Origin: an uncultured Gammaproteobacteria bacterium
GTDB lineage: Bacteria > Patescibacteriota > Microgenomatia > UBA8517
Assembly (NCBI GenBank): GCA_964617045.1
Contig: CAZTVZ010000001.1
Location: 136,763 to 200,762 of the forward strand
Direction of reading: 5' to 3'
Length of the DNA: 64,000 nt
Part shown: one piece after another, positions 47,445 to 57,008 of the stretch
How positions within the stretch are numbered: position 1 is the stretch's first letter
Layout of the letters: the number at the start of each line of letters is the position of its first letter
Position numbers and translations under genes: made by a program
The notes under the pieces: model-generated
What the model was told of the DNA's origin: nothing
What the model saw: the letters and a program-made list of their open reading frames with translations, nothing else
The model's database searches: none

Positions 47445-48442
47445 CCAAAAAGGATATCTGGGAATCATTCGTACAAAAATACGAATGGTCCAATTTCCTC
47501 CAGGGGTGGGAATGGGGAGAGTTCCACGAAAGAATCGGAAACGATATCGAAAGAATTGGTTTATATGACAACAAGAAACTCGTGGGGGTAATGCTGTTTA
47601 TCGTCGAACACGCAAGAAGAGCAACCTATGCAACCGTTCCGGCAGGACCCTTACTGGACTGGAACAACAAGAAAATTCTTAAATGTTTCATCTCCTGCAT
47701 AAAAGAACTTTCTCATAAACACCACTGCTCTTTTGTCCGGGTAAGGCCACAACTTCTAAATAACGATAATAACGTAAAATTATTTGGAAAGCTTGGTTTC
47801 AAGCCCGCTCCTATGCATCTGCATGCGGAACTAACTCTCAGACTTAACCTGGAAAAAAGTGAAGAAGAGTTAATGTCCGAGATGAGGAAAAACACCAGAT
47901 ACGAAGTACGAAAAGCCGAAAAGCTGGGAATCGAGATTATTAAAAGTAACGATGCCAAAGAGATCAATAACTTTTATAAACTCCAAGAAAAAACCGCAGA
48001 ACGTAACCATTTTGTTCCTTTCTCCCTTGATTATCTGAAAAAACAATTTGAAGTATTTAAGGAAAACGACAAAGTGGCAATGTACACTGCTCATCTGGGT
48101 AAAAAGATGCTCGCAAAAGCTTTCATTATCTTTTACGGAAATGAAGCCGTATATCACTATGGTGCCAGCAGTGATCTGGGAAGAAAATATCCTGGGGCGT
48201 ATCTTCTTCTCTGGAAAATAGCACTGGAGGCAAAAGAAAAAGGTTTGAAATACTTTAATTTTTGGGGAATTACCAAGGAAGATGAAATTAACCACCGGTT
48301 TTACGGAGTATCCCTTTTTAAACGCGGTTTTGGTGGCGAAGAGATTGATTATTTACACGCAAGAGACTTCGTAATAGACAAACCCAAATACTTACTAAAT
48401 TTTATTGTCGAGAAAGTAAGAAAAAAGGTAAGAAGGCTCTAA
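47423..48442 (+). CDS. FemAB-family peptidoglycan-bridge aminoacyltransferase-like protein
   Basis: Size and GNAT-like duplicated fold signature (YHYGASSD...YLLLWKIALEAKEKGLKYFNFWGI). Confidence 0.6.
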   Translation: MVKYSQITKKDIWESFVQKYEWSNFLQGWEWGEFHERIGNDIERIGLYDNKKLVGVMLFIVEHARRATYATVPAGPLLDWNNKKILKCFISCIKELSHKHHCSFVRVRPQLLNNDNNVKLFGKLGFKPAPMHLHAELTLRLNLEKSEEELMSEMRKNTRYEVRKAEKLGIEIIKSNDAKEINNFYKLQEKTAERNHFVPFSLDYLKKQFEVFKENDKVAMYTAHLGKKMLAKAFIIFYGNEAVYHYGASSDLGRKYPGAYLLLWKIALEAKEKGLKYFNFWGITKEDEINHRFYGVSLFKRGFGGEEIDYLHARDFVIDKPKYLLNFIVEKVRKKVRRL

Positions 48443-48481
48443 ATTGACTCTAAATTATTTTATGACATAATTCTAATTAAT

Positions 48482-48778
48482 ATGGACAATGTCGTGAGAA
48501 AAAGAGAAGGACCATTATTTAACGAATATACTTTTATTCGTACCGACGAAGGAATAAGAGAAGCTGTAGTTACCGGAGACATGGATTCCGCGGTACTTAC
48601 AATAAATAACGGAGAAACGTTTACTGGCTCTTTGGTTCAAATACCTACCTCCGATACGGGAGGCATACCCACAAGAACAACACTTTTTAAAAGGGACGGA
48701 TACGACTTGGATTTGGAAAATCCGATCATAGTATCTCTGGAACACGTTAAAGGTCCACGCGGTAAAGAGAGATCTTAA
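48482..48778 (+). CDS. Hypothetical small protein
   Basis: ORF only. Confidence 0.3.
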   Translation: MDNVVRKREGPLFNEYTFIRTDEGIREAVVTGDMDSAVLTINNGETFTGSLVQIPTSDTGGIPTRTTLFKRDGYDLDLENPIIVSLEHVKGPRGKERS

Positions 48779-49126
48779 ATCTGTTTCTTCTTAAGAAGAA
48801 TACATTCTTTTGTGGGTACTAAATTAACATCGGTATTTACACAAAAACTGGGTCTTGGTTCGTCTTCATAGTTTCGACATGTTCCCTTTTCTTCATCAAA
48901 ACTGTCGCAGTTATATACACTAACCATAATATCCCTACCACCAATATTAACGAGCTTAGATCCGGTTCTTTTGATAAACTGAAATTTCTATAGCGTTTTT
49001 GCAAGTTTACCTGGGTTATTAAGTTCCATGGTAATGGAGAAGTCTTTACAATATTTCCTTTCGCATGATTATCACGAATTCGCCATTTGAGAGGATTAAA
49101 GCAAACAGGAGCAAATTAGACCGTCT

Positions 49127-50929
49127 TTACGGCACAACTTCCTTCCAGCGCATTCTTGTCTGCTGGAATATCGAAGGGAACAACTGGACAATTTCGGGGG
49201 CATAATTGAATACTTCTGCCGGAGTGAACGAATTGTCGACCAAATCCCTTTCAAGAGTTATCCCCCCGTTTGCAACCATTGATCCTCTTACAACAAGCTG
49301 AGTATCCCCCGCACCCGTTGATATTTCCGATTCAGCAAAATATATACCATCCAAGTTGGTGACAAGATCATCAATAAAGATGTACCCGCTAGTACCGGTT
49401 ACATCTTTACCCGCAGTAATCATGAAAAATCCGTTTCCGGGACTAAGGATTTCCACATTTCCGTTTAAGTATATGTTTGCCGATTCCGCAAGCACTACCA
49501 CTTTTCTGTCTCCAGATATGTCTATGTCTCCATTAATCGTAAGACTGGATAAATTGGTTCCGTCAAAATGGTAATAATAATATCCCCTGTAGAGAGTGCC
49601 TCCCGATTCAAAAACCGATCCGTCAACAACCGATGTCGATATCTCTTCGGGTACTAGGCTGTTAGGAATCTGTGAGGAAAAATACGAATAATCGATCATT
49701 TTCCCCTGGAAGGATGTGTTTGCGATCCAATTATTGGGGCTGCTGGCAGCCATACCAAGTCCGCTTCCAGAAAGAAAATCATATCCAGAAAGATATACAG
49801 CAACACCAGGATATCCACCCGGACCATTCAGTCCAAAAACAGGATTACATGTAGGTAGTGTGCACGTGCCGGGAATGTATGAATACAAATTTGCGGCAGA
49901 ATATACATCGGAATTAACAACTTGCCACCAAGCACCCGGTGTACCTACAACAACAGAAGCGGTCGAAGAACAGTTTCCACCGTCATTCATGCTCACATAT
50001 GCGCTAATTGTTGTCGTGCCAATGGAATTGGTGGTTACAGTTGAAGAATAGCTGGGAGTGTAGTCAATGGTTGGGTCTACACTGGCCACGCCGTCATTAA
50101 TAGAATCAAAAACAACGGAGTTAACGGTACCCGAAATTACATTTACAGAAGCAGTTAACATCCCCGTTGATTCCAAAGCAATGTTTTGTGTAGAAGGAAG
50201 AAGAGAAACCGAACACTGTCCAGGTGTGGTTCCCCCACCCCCATCGTCTCCACCACCTACGCAAGAAGTGCCGCAGGAAGGATCGGGATTGGAACAATTA
50301 ACACCGCAAGGATTTTCAATACTATCACAATTAGTTGTTATCCTTATTGGACGCTGGCACGGACTACATCCCAACTGACCACAACGTCCATCGGTAATAT
50401 ATTGATAAATACATCCATTAACACCCGGCGTACATGCTGAACCTGGTCTGTCGACACATGCAACATCATTGTTGCACTGAGTAACGGGATATGAATAACA
50501 ATTAGTAGTTGTTCCGGTTTTAACATAACGACAAAAAACTTCATAACTCCCACATCTATCCTGTCCACAGAAAAGAGGCGCATCCCCACATAACCACTCA
50601 CACGCTGTCGGGGTTGTGGTTGCCGTGGGTGGAGGGGTTGATGTGCTGGTGGGACATGTTGTACAGATACCCCCGTTAACAGTTTTCGTACAACCGCATG
50701 GGCATTGATTTTGCATTGTTTGTGAACAATACGGATCGATACCTCCACACATAGTATTATTGCTACATTCATCGTATGTAGATGAACAATGGGGGGGTGA
50801 AGCAACTGTTGAACAAATATTGCCAATACACACCTTGCATGGATCGGTTATTATCGCATTTACTGGTTTAACACCAATCATAATTAATCCGAAAAGGGCA
50901 ACGAAAATAATTATTAGTTTTTTAATCAT
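49127..50929 (-). CDS. Secreted Cys-rich, Gly/Thr-rich large surface protein
   Basis: Signal peptide MIKKLIIIFVALFGLIMIGVKPVNA. Roughly 40 Cys in the first ~230 aa, spaced as CxxC/CGC. Gly-rich and beta-rich remainder. Confidence 0.5.
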   Translation of the reverse strand: MIKKLIIIFVALFGLIMIGVKPVNAIITDPCKVCIGNICSTVASPPHCSSTYDECSNNTMCGGIDPYCSQTMQNQCPCGCTKTVNGGICTTCPTSTSTPPPTATTTPTACEWLCGDAPLFCGQDRCGSYEVFCRYVKTGTTTNCYSYPVTQCNNDVACVDRPGSACTPGVNGCIYQYITDGRCGQLGCSPCQRPIRITTNCDSIENPCGVNCSNPDPSCGTSCVGGGDDGGGGTTPGQCSVSLLPSTQNIALESTGMLTASVNVISGTVNSVVFDSINDGVASVDPTIDYTPSYSSTVTTNSIGTTTISAYVSMNDGGNCSSTASVVVGTPGAWWQVVNSDVYSAANLYSYIPGTCTLPTCNPVFGLNGPGGYPGVAVYLSGYDFLSGSGLGMAASSPNNWIANTSFQGKMIDYSYFSSQIPNSLVPEEISTSVVDGSVFESGGTLYRGYYYYHFDGTNLSSLTINGDIDISGDRKVVVLAESANIYLNGNVEILSPGNGFFMITAGKDVTGTSGYIFIDDLVTNLDGIYFAESEISTGAGDTQLVVRGSMVANGGITLERDLVDNSFTPAEVFNYAPEIVQLFPSIFQQTRMRWKEVVP

Positions 50930-50932
50930 CTT

Positions 50933-52450
50933 TTAGTATTCTCCTGATTTGGGGTTTTCCTTTACTACTGGGATAAATAAACTACCTGCTGCCTCTATCC
51001 CTGATTCGTCAAAAAAATATAAGTCTTCAATTTTACTTTGAGCCTCCAACGACGCCAAATTTTGTGGTTGTGTAATGTTGGCATATACTGGAGGCCATAC
51101 TATTCTTTCTTCAATCAAACGGTCAATGTCACCAGCCAAATCATACCACTTATTTTTTTCTCCTATTGTTGTAACTTCTTTTGTGTAAATTTCTAAGTTT
51201 TCCATTTTTTCTCCCACAATTCGTCTAATTACATAATGATTTTGACTATTAACGTCCCTAATTCTTAATAACAAAGAGTAGCTTTCTTTAGTTCCCGGTA
51301 AATCAACAACGCCCACGAAGTCTCCAGTTGTCATGCCTAGATAAATCCCCCTGTGAACAAGCAAGTCTCTTCCATAAACACTGGTTGTGTGGGTTTTTTC
51401 CTTCAAATACTGCACAGCCGCTGGGCTTGAATTATACCAAATACCATACATTTCCCCTTTTACGTGAATATTTCGAAATTCCAACGAACCAATATCCGGG
51501 TCACCAATGATGTTCATTATCTCCGTAATAGTTAGGATACATTTCTGCTTATCAATAGCTGTGTGTTTCAAATAGTTGAAGAATATCTCGTCTTTATCCA
51601 TTTTTTCCAATCCTTCAACTCCTTTTTCTTTTAAGTAATCCATTCTTATCTTGTCCATAAATTTCTGGAACTCCTCGTCCATACTTTGATCTTCCGGATT
51701 ATTTACAAAGTAGTTTTTGAATTTCTCCGGCCAAGAATCAATATTGTTGGGATTTCCCGTATAGATTTCCGGTGTCGGCGACGGTTCGGGTATTTCGGTG
51801 GGAGTACTTGTAGGTTCAATGGTAATCGTAGGTTTTTCTATTGTTGCTGAAGCAACCGGTTTTTCCGATGGAGGTGTTGGTTCAATTGGTTTAGCAACCA
51901 CCGGTGAACATGCAGTGAGTAACAATAAAGCAAGAGGCATTCTTTTAAAATGATCTCTTGAAAAATTTTTCCCTGAAAAAATATCAGTTAGAGTCAGGTC
52001 CCGTGCATTTCCTTTTATTTTTTGAGACGATCTCGTGAGAATATTGTGCGTTTCTTTTTCGGCTTCTTTGAGTTTTTTGCCGGCTGCAAGTTTTACCGTC
52101 CATGGTACTTCATCCATTCTTCTGACAAGTTCCAGCTTGGCAGACAATAATCCCAAACCTTCCAAAACACTGGTTGCAGGCGTGTTTTCGTCGATTTTTT
52201 CAGGCAATGGATGGTTTGTACTTAATTCATATATCGGACCTTTACCGAAATTCGTTGATATCCTGGCCTCAACTTTTCCATGTTCCTCTGGAGTCATTAG
52301 AGAAATCGTGGACAACCAGCTTTCCAAATTGTTACCCCCTCTCCCTTCTTGCTTCAATGCATTTTTTACCCCGTGAACATACATATCCATTGTGGGATAG
52401 GGATATGTATACGCTTCTTCTTGGGTTGATATTAGTCTTTCTTCTCTCAT
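50933..52450 (-). CDS. Putative lipoprotein. The lipobox LLTAC at residue ~175 suggests the true start is Met171 near 51940.
   Basis: MPLALLLLTACSPVV lipoprotein signal, then a PT-rich linker (PTPPSEKP...TPTEIPEPSPTPE). Confidence 0.45.
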   Translation of the reverse strand: MREERLISTQEEAYTYPYPTMDMYVHGVKNALKQEGRGGNNLESWLSTISLMTPEEHGKVEARISTNFGKGPIYELSTNHPLPEKIDENTPATSVLEGLGLLSAKLELVRRMDEVPWTVKLAAGKKLKEAEKETHNILTRSSQKIKGNARDLTLTDIFSGKNFSRDHFKRMPLALLLLTACSPVVAKPIEPTPPSEKPVASATIEKPTITIEPTSTPTEIPEPSPTPEIYTGNPNNIDSWPEKFKNYFVNNPEDQSMDEEFQKFMDKIRMDYLKEKGVEGLEKMDKDEIFFNYLKHTAIDKQKCILTITEIMNIIGDPDIGSLEFRNIHVKGEMYGIWYNSSPAAVQYLKEKTHTTSVYGRDLLVHRGIYLGMTTGDFVGVVDLPGTKESYSLLLRIRDVNSQNHYVIRRIVGEKMENLEIYTKEVTTIGEKNKWYDLAGDIDRLIEERIVWPPVYANITQPQNLASLEAQSKIEDLYFFDESGIEAAGSLFIPVVKENPKSGEY

Positions 52451-52454
52451 CGGT

Positions 52455-53276
52455 TTATTCCAGCACTCCTACTGCAGTGGCAAAAATGTGATATTTCGGA
52501 TCATCCAATACTGCCCAGTTTCCTTCAAAAAGTTCCTTCGTCTTTCCCAGATACCATGTTTCATAAGAATTTAATTGTGTAAGCCCAAAACCAACCCACG
52601 CTTCCATAATAGTACCTGGCTTTAATTTGCTCACTACCGTTTCAAGATCGTTAAACACATATTTGGGATGTGTATTAAAACTATCCTCATATGAATAGAA
52701 TGGCATACCCGTCGGTGCTTCTTTGGTGGTTGCCAACATTATTCTCATTTTTCTCTGTTGTGCATCACCGTTAATTACAAACTCGCTTTCGTAATTATTC
52801 AGATCGTTAAATCGGAATTCTTTTATTAGAGTACCCGATATCTTGTAGAATCCTCCCTCACTTTTTATCGGAACTGTATCAATCTGTTGGGTGTTTTGGA
52901 TATTGGGAACCAGGTTTTTAATAAACTCAGTATTTTTATCCTTATACAAGAAGAAATATGTAAGGGCAGATAAGATTACCAACACTATTGCCACAATTGG
53001 TATTATCTTTTTAAGCATTCTATATAAATATATACTCTCTGCCGAGGTATATTCAAGCTCTGTGTGCTTGCCATGCTTTGTCTTAATAAATATACTTAGA
53101 TCATGGATCAGGAAAATACAAATTATCGCGTTGTCCAAACCATATCCACTCCTCCGGAAAACAAAACCAGAACATTGTTGATTATCGGTATTGCGATCAT
53201 TGTTTTGTTTGTCGCAGGTGAAGCGGGATATTATTTTTACAACAAACAAATGCTGGATAAACAACAGCAAATACAA
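52455..53276 (-). CDS. Membrane-anchored hypothetical protein. The likely start is the internal MLKKIIPIV near 53018.
   Basis: The shorter start removes an overlap with 53103..53696 and begins with a TM anchor. Confidence 0.4.
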   Translation of the reverse strand: MYLLLFIQHLFVVKIISRFTCDKQNNDRNTDNQQCSGFVFRRSGYGLDNAIICIFLIHDLSIFIKTKHGKHTELEYTSAESIYLYRMLKKIIPIVAIVLVILSALTYFFLYKDKNTEFIKNLVPNIQNTQQIDTVPIKSEGGFYKISGTLIKEFRFNDLNNYESEFVINGDAQQRKMRIMLATTKEAPTGMPFYSYEDSFNTHPKYVFNDLETVVSKLKPGTIMEAWVGFGLTQLNSYETWYLGKTKELFEGNWAVLDDPKYHIFATAVGVLE

Positions 53277-53696
53277 GAGGATGCCAATGAAGAATCAATT
53301 TTTGCTGTTGATCAAATAGTCGATAAATCTTCGTCAATCATAGATCAAATTAATGTATCTGCAGGAAGCGGACTTCTAAAGCAGGCGAATATCGAAAGAG
53401 TGATTGCGGGTACTGTTGAGGAAATATCTGCAAGCTCTGTTGTCCTTGATAATTATGTTGGTAAAACCGCAATTGTAATTAGGGGGGTTGAGGGTAAATC
53501 AATGAGAATTCATTTCTCAGAATCCGAAATTCAAAAAATGAAAATTAATCAAACAAACCCGGACGGAACGCCACAACAGGTTAATATTGAGGAGATTAAT
53601 GTCGGAGACTATATAAACATATATATAAAAGACAATCTACTTAATCCCAATCTTGATAGCGTCGTCACGATAAGCATTACCAGATCCCAACAGTAA
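53103..53696 (+). CDS. Membrane-anchored hypothetical protein
   Basis: TM segment TRTLLIIGIAIIVLFVAG. Confidence 0.4.
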   Translation: MDQENTNYRVVQTISTPPENKTRTLLIIGIAIIVLFVAGEAGYYFYNKQMLDKQQQIQEDANEESIFAVDQIVDKSSSIIDQINVSAGSGLLKQANIERVIAGTVEEISASSVVLDNYVGKTAIVIRGVEGKSMRIHFSESEIQKMKINQTNPDGTPQQVNIEEINVGDYINIYIKDNLLNPNLDSVVTISITRSQQ

Positions 53697-54731
53697 AAAG
53701 AAAAGCCACAAAAACAAAGGGATATTGTAAGTTATATCAAACATAAAAGAAGTTAATAACCCAATAATAAGAAGTTGTTTTAATTGTGGTTTTTTTTGCA
53801 CTCCAAGCAATTCTTTCGAACACATCTTTACAAAAAACAAGAATGCAAAGATCGACATAATCCCCATTCCACTTAAAAGTTCAAAAGGAATACTGTGGGT
53901 CATTTCCGAAAATCCTCCGAAAAGAGGAATGCTTTTTTCGAAAGTTTGGGATATGTATCCAAAATTACCCATTCCTATGCCGAAAATGTGTTTCGGAAAA
54001 GATACAATCGATTGAAGAATGTAAGGTCTATCAAGAAGTATTGTTCTCTGTCTCGATATTGCTACAAACAATATTGCTGTTATCAACAATATAACCAATG
54101 TTGAGATAATTTTTGACCTATTTTTGAACCTTGAAAGGAAGTAGATAAATACAGGTACCAAAAGCGAGACAACGGCCGTTCTTGAGCCAGAAATGTAAAT
54201 CGTCAACAAGCCAATGGCAATGGCTGATAAAAGTATTATTTTATTCTTAATAGATATTCCCCTGCCCATTGCAAAGATTGGTATTAAAAGGGTTATGCTC
54301 CACAAATCCCCCAGATGGTGGTGTTTGGAGTTCATTGGCGCAATTAATCCCAAATGGGTATTCCGAATTATTCCCCAATTATTTTGGACGTATGCAAGTA
54401 GCGTGTAAAGTGTAGTCAGAATTACAATCAACCTCACCATTTTTAACGAAGATTCGTTAGAGGAATATATCCACAATAATATTCCGGAAAGAAAAAGACA
54501 GAAAACATTAAACGAATTAGATAAATTGACCGACCAAATCATGCTAATTGCTAGAGAAAAAAGAAACAGTGCCGACAAACCAATGTGTTTTGGTAATAAT
54601 ATTTTCCCGTTTTTAATATAGACCGAAAAAAGAAGCATTAAGGAAAGAATAATGACTAAATATATTGTCTCGTTAACATAGATTCCAATGCCGCCCAGAA
54701 GAAGTATCAAAAATACCGAAATATTTATCAT
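53637..54731 (-). CDS. O-antigen ligase/Wzy-like polytopic membrane protein
   Basis: About 10 TM helices. Located in a glycan-biosynthesis context. Confidence 0.45.
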   Translation of the reverse strand: MINISVFLILLLGGIGIYVNETIYLVIILSLMLLFSVYIKNGKILLPKHIGLSALFLFSLAISMIWSVNLSNSFNVFCLFLSGILLWIYSSNESSLKMVRLIVILTTLYTLLAYVQNNWGIIRNTHLGLIAPMNSKHHHLGDLWSITLLIPIFAMGRGISIKNKIILLSAIAIGLLTIYISGSRTAVVSLLVPVFIYFLSRFKNRSKIISTLVILLITAILFVAISRQRTILLDRPYILQSIVSFPKHIFGIGMGNFGYISQTFEKSIPLFGGFSEMTHSIPFELLSGMGIMSIFAFLFFVKMCSKELLGVQKKPQLKQLLIIGLLTSFMFDITYNIPLFLWLFFLLLGSGNAYRDDAIKIGIK

Positions 54732-54737
54732 AATTAA

Positions 54738-56012
54738 TTGACTACCTACCCAGTTGTAGTATATTTTAATAATAGGATATGGAAAAGAAAAAGAAGTATA
54801 ATAGCCCTAAAATTAAGACCTCAAAAGTTCAACCTATACATTTCTATGGCAAAAACACTTCCACATCAAATTACGAAAACGCAGAGTTCCTCCTTGCATC
54901 ACCAACTTCAATATTCTAACAACATCTCTTTCGGTCTAAGCATGCTTCCTCTTTTTGACCAGAATTCTGTTCTTGAAATTGTAAAGGCAAAAAAATATAA
55001 AATTGACGACATCGTCGTATTTAAAAAAAGAAATCGATTAATCGCTCACCGGTTAATATACATTCCGAAATCGCGCAAATTTTTTATTACAAAAGGCGAC
55101 AACAATCTTCGAAGCGACGGTAAAATATTGCCTGACATGATCCTTGGAAAAGTAAAAAGTGTTAAGGGCAAAACTAAAAATAGCGAAATAGAATCTTTTT
55201 ATCTAACACAATCGCTTCTCTACATGCACCATATTGTTCGCTTTACCGATTTTCTTAACAAGAACAAGATTCCCTACATAATACTCAAAGGTTTACCGAT
55301 ACACCTACGCTACGAAGGTAAAATTCCCAATCGAATATATTTTGACGTGGATTTCTTGATAAATAAAAATTGCTTACGTATTGTTGATAAATATCTCAAA
55401 ACAAATGGTTTTAAAAAAGGCAATGACGGCAAAGACAAAAAGATTAGTGGCGTTCAGCATACCTACATCAATACAAATAAATCCTTTGGCGTTAATTTTG
55501 ATATTCATATTAGTCCGGTTCGGATTTATCGCAAGCTAAATTTATTAAATGTATTTGTTCCTGACAAAGTAAAGATTTCCAATATGCTTTGGGAAGGGTC
55601 GGAAAAGCTTAAAATTTCGGACAAGGAATACACTGTCTTAAATAAAGATACTCAAATTGTTTACCTTCTTCTGCATTTTTTCCAACACAATATGGAGGGA
55701 ATACATCGACTTAATTTTATAAACAATATTGTTACCAAGGGTTCCCGCCCCAACTGGAATCAAATTGCACGAATGATGATAAAGTATTCTCTTTTTTCGC
55801 TATGTTATCCGCCCTTAAAAATGTTGGAAAAATATTATGGTTTTTGTGCTCCTCGAAAGTTTTTTTCATTCTTTAAGAGTTACGAATATTTCAAATTCGT
55901 GGGAAATATAATATCCAGATTTTCCAATCCGTTTAACTCAAGCGGTAGATATTTTTCGCTTGCAAAAAGAATGTTTTATTCGATTATTTGCTCACCAATT
56001 TTTTACCGATAA
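54738..56012 (+). CDS. Fusion protein: N-terminal Sec11/SipW-type (Ser/His) S26 signal-peptidase-like domain plus a minimal nucleotidyltransferase-like domain
   Basis: All four S26 boxes are present: LSMLPLF (box B Ser), DDIVVF (box C), LIAHRLIYI (box D, with His replacing Lys), TKGDNNLRSDGK (box E, GDNRxxSxDSR-like). Downstream, ILKGLPIHLRYEGKIPNRIYFDVDFLI matches the G[GS]x9-13DxD nucleotidyltransferase motif. Confidence 0.5.
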   Translation: MTTYPVVVYFNNRIWKRKRSIIALKLRPQKFNLYISMAKTLPHQITKTQSSSLHHQLQYSNNISFGLSMLPLFDQNSVLEIVKAKKYKIDDIVVFKKRNRLIAHRLIYIPKSRKFFITKGDNNLRSDGKILPDMILGKVKSVKGKTKNSEIESFYLTQSLLYMHHIVRFTDFLNKNKIPYIILKGLPIHLRYEGKIPNRIYFDVDFLINKNCLRIVDKYLKTNGFKKGNDGKDKKISGVQHTYINTNKSFGVNFDIHISPVRIYRKLNLLNVFVPDKVKISNMLWEGSEKLKISDKEYTVLNKDTQIVYLLLHFFQHNMEGIHRLNFINNIVTKGSRPNWNQIARMMIKYSLFSLCYPPLKMLEKYYGFCAPRKFFSFFKSYEYFKFVGNIISRFSNPFNSSGRYFSLAKRMFYSIICSPIFYR

Positions 56013-56238
56013 GAATTTCGATATATTTTCCCAGATCATCAGAAGCTTTCTTTCTGTCGACATCATATTTTTCAATTATGTTATCGATAATTTGTTTTAC
56101 TGATTTTTTCTTCTCAATTTCTTCCAAAATAAAATATCCAATTTCGTTAAGTTCGTGCAATTGCTGATTGGAGTTATCATAGGCAACATACGCATTCCCC
56201 AGTTTGTTGATAATTATATCTTTGTTCAGTTTATACAT
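55984..56238 (-). CDS. PqqD-family protein (RiPP recognition element-like)
   Basis: LHELNEIGYFILEEIEKKKSVKQIIDNIIEKYDVDRKKASDDLGKYIEILIGKKLV matches the PqqD pattern closely. 84 aa. Confidence 0.7.
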   Translation of the reverse strand: MYKLNKDIIINKLGNAYVAYDNSNQQLHELNEIGYFILEEIEKKKSVKQIIDNIIEKYDVDRKKASDDLGKYIEILIGKKLVSK

Positions 56239-57008
56239 TTTACTAATTCCTTATGAATTTCTCTTGGTTTCAAATTGACAAACAAATCATACATTTTTGC
56301 TTTTGACGACAAATCCATGATATTCGACAAAGTCGTTTTATCAAGGTTGCCGTTTGGAGTCCATAAGGAATCAGCAATATTCTTTACCTCTACAAATTGA
56401 TCACTGATTATTTTTGATTGGCACTTTTTGCTTTTATGTATTCGCAACAAGACAATTTTACTTGAATGTTTTTTAACAGGATACTTAGTTTTTTCCAAGA
56501 AAGGTGTTGAATATATGGTCCAAAAACCATTGATCTTTCGGAGGATAACCGCGTCGTCAGCGATAATATTGTAACCAATCTTATGCAAATTTTTTGCAAT
56601 AGTAGATTTCCCACCACCAGATTTTGCAATAAAGACATATGCATTTCCATTTCTATTCATTACCGCAGATGCATGAAACAACAGCGAATCAGATCTTTGC
56701 TTCTCCAGGAGAATATCTCTAAGTATCAAATCGATATCCAAGGCGGAAGATGAATATGCAAGTTCATATTTGTTTCCCAGTTTACGATATTTATTAAGAT
56801 AATAATCATTATTTTTGCGGAATATTTTATATGCGAAATCTCTTACAACGATCGTCTTATCTATTTTCTTCTTATTGATCTTGAATTTACCCCAATACTT
56901 ATTGAGATTATTAATAAATATTTCTTGTTCAACAACATTCTTCGTTGTTTTTAGGCTAAATTGAATCACTACTCCAGCTATCTCAAAATATATATTACCA
57001 ATTTTCAT
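56226..57008 (-). CDS. HPr kinase/phosphorylase C-terminal-domain-like kinase
   Basis: LLFHASAVMNRNGNAYVFIAKSGGGKSTIAKNL...IIADDAVIL matches the HprK P-loop region. Confidence 0.65.
   Translation of the reverse strand: MKIGNIYFEIAGVVIQFSLKTTKNVVEQEIFINNLNKYWGKFKINKKKIDKTIVVRDFAYKIFRKNNDYYLNKYRKLGNKYELAYSSSALDIDLILRDILLEKQRSDSLLFHASAVMNRNGNAYVFIAKSGGGKSTIAKNLHKIGYNIIADDAVILRKINGFWTIYSTPFLEKTKYPVKKHSSKIVLLRIHKSKKCQSKIISDQFVEVKNIADSLWTPNGNLDKTTLSNIMDLSSKAKMYDLFVNLKPREIHKELVKCIN

Noticed and set aside
49356-50826. Several 60-160-aa ORFs on both strands inside 49127..50929
   Set aside because: They sit within or antisense to the 600-aa secreted Cys-rich protein ORF. They are GC-skew artefacts of the Cys/Gly-rich codons.
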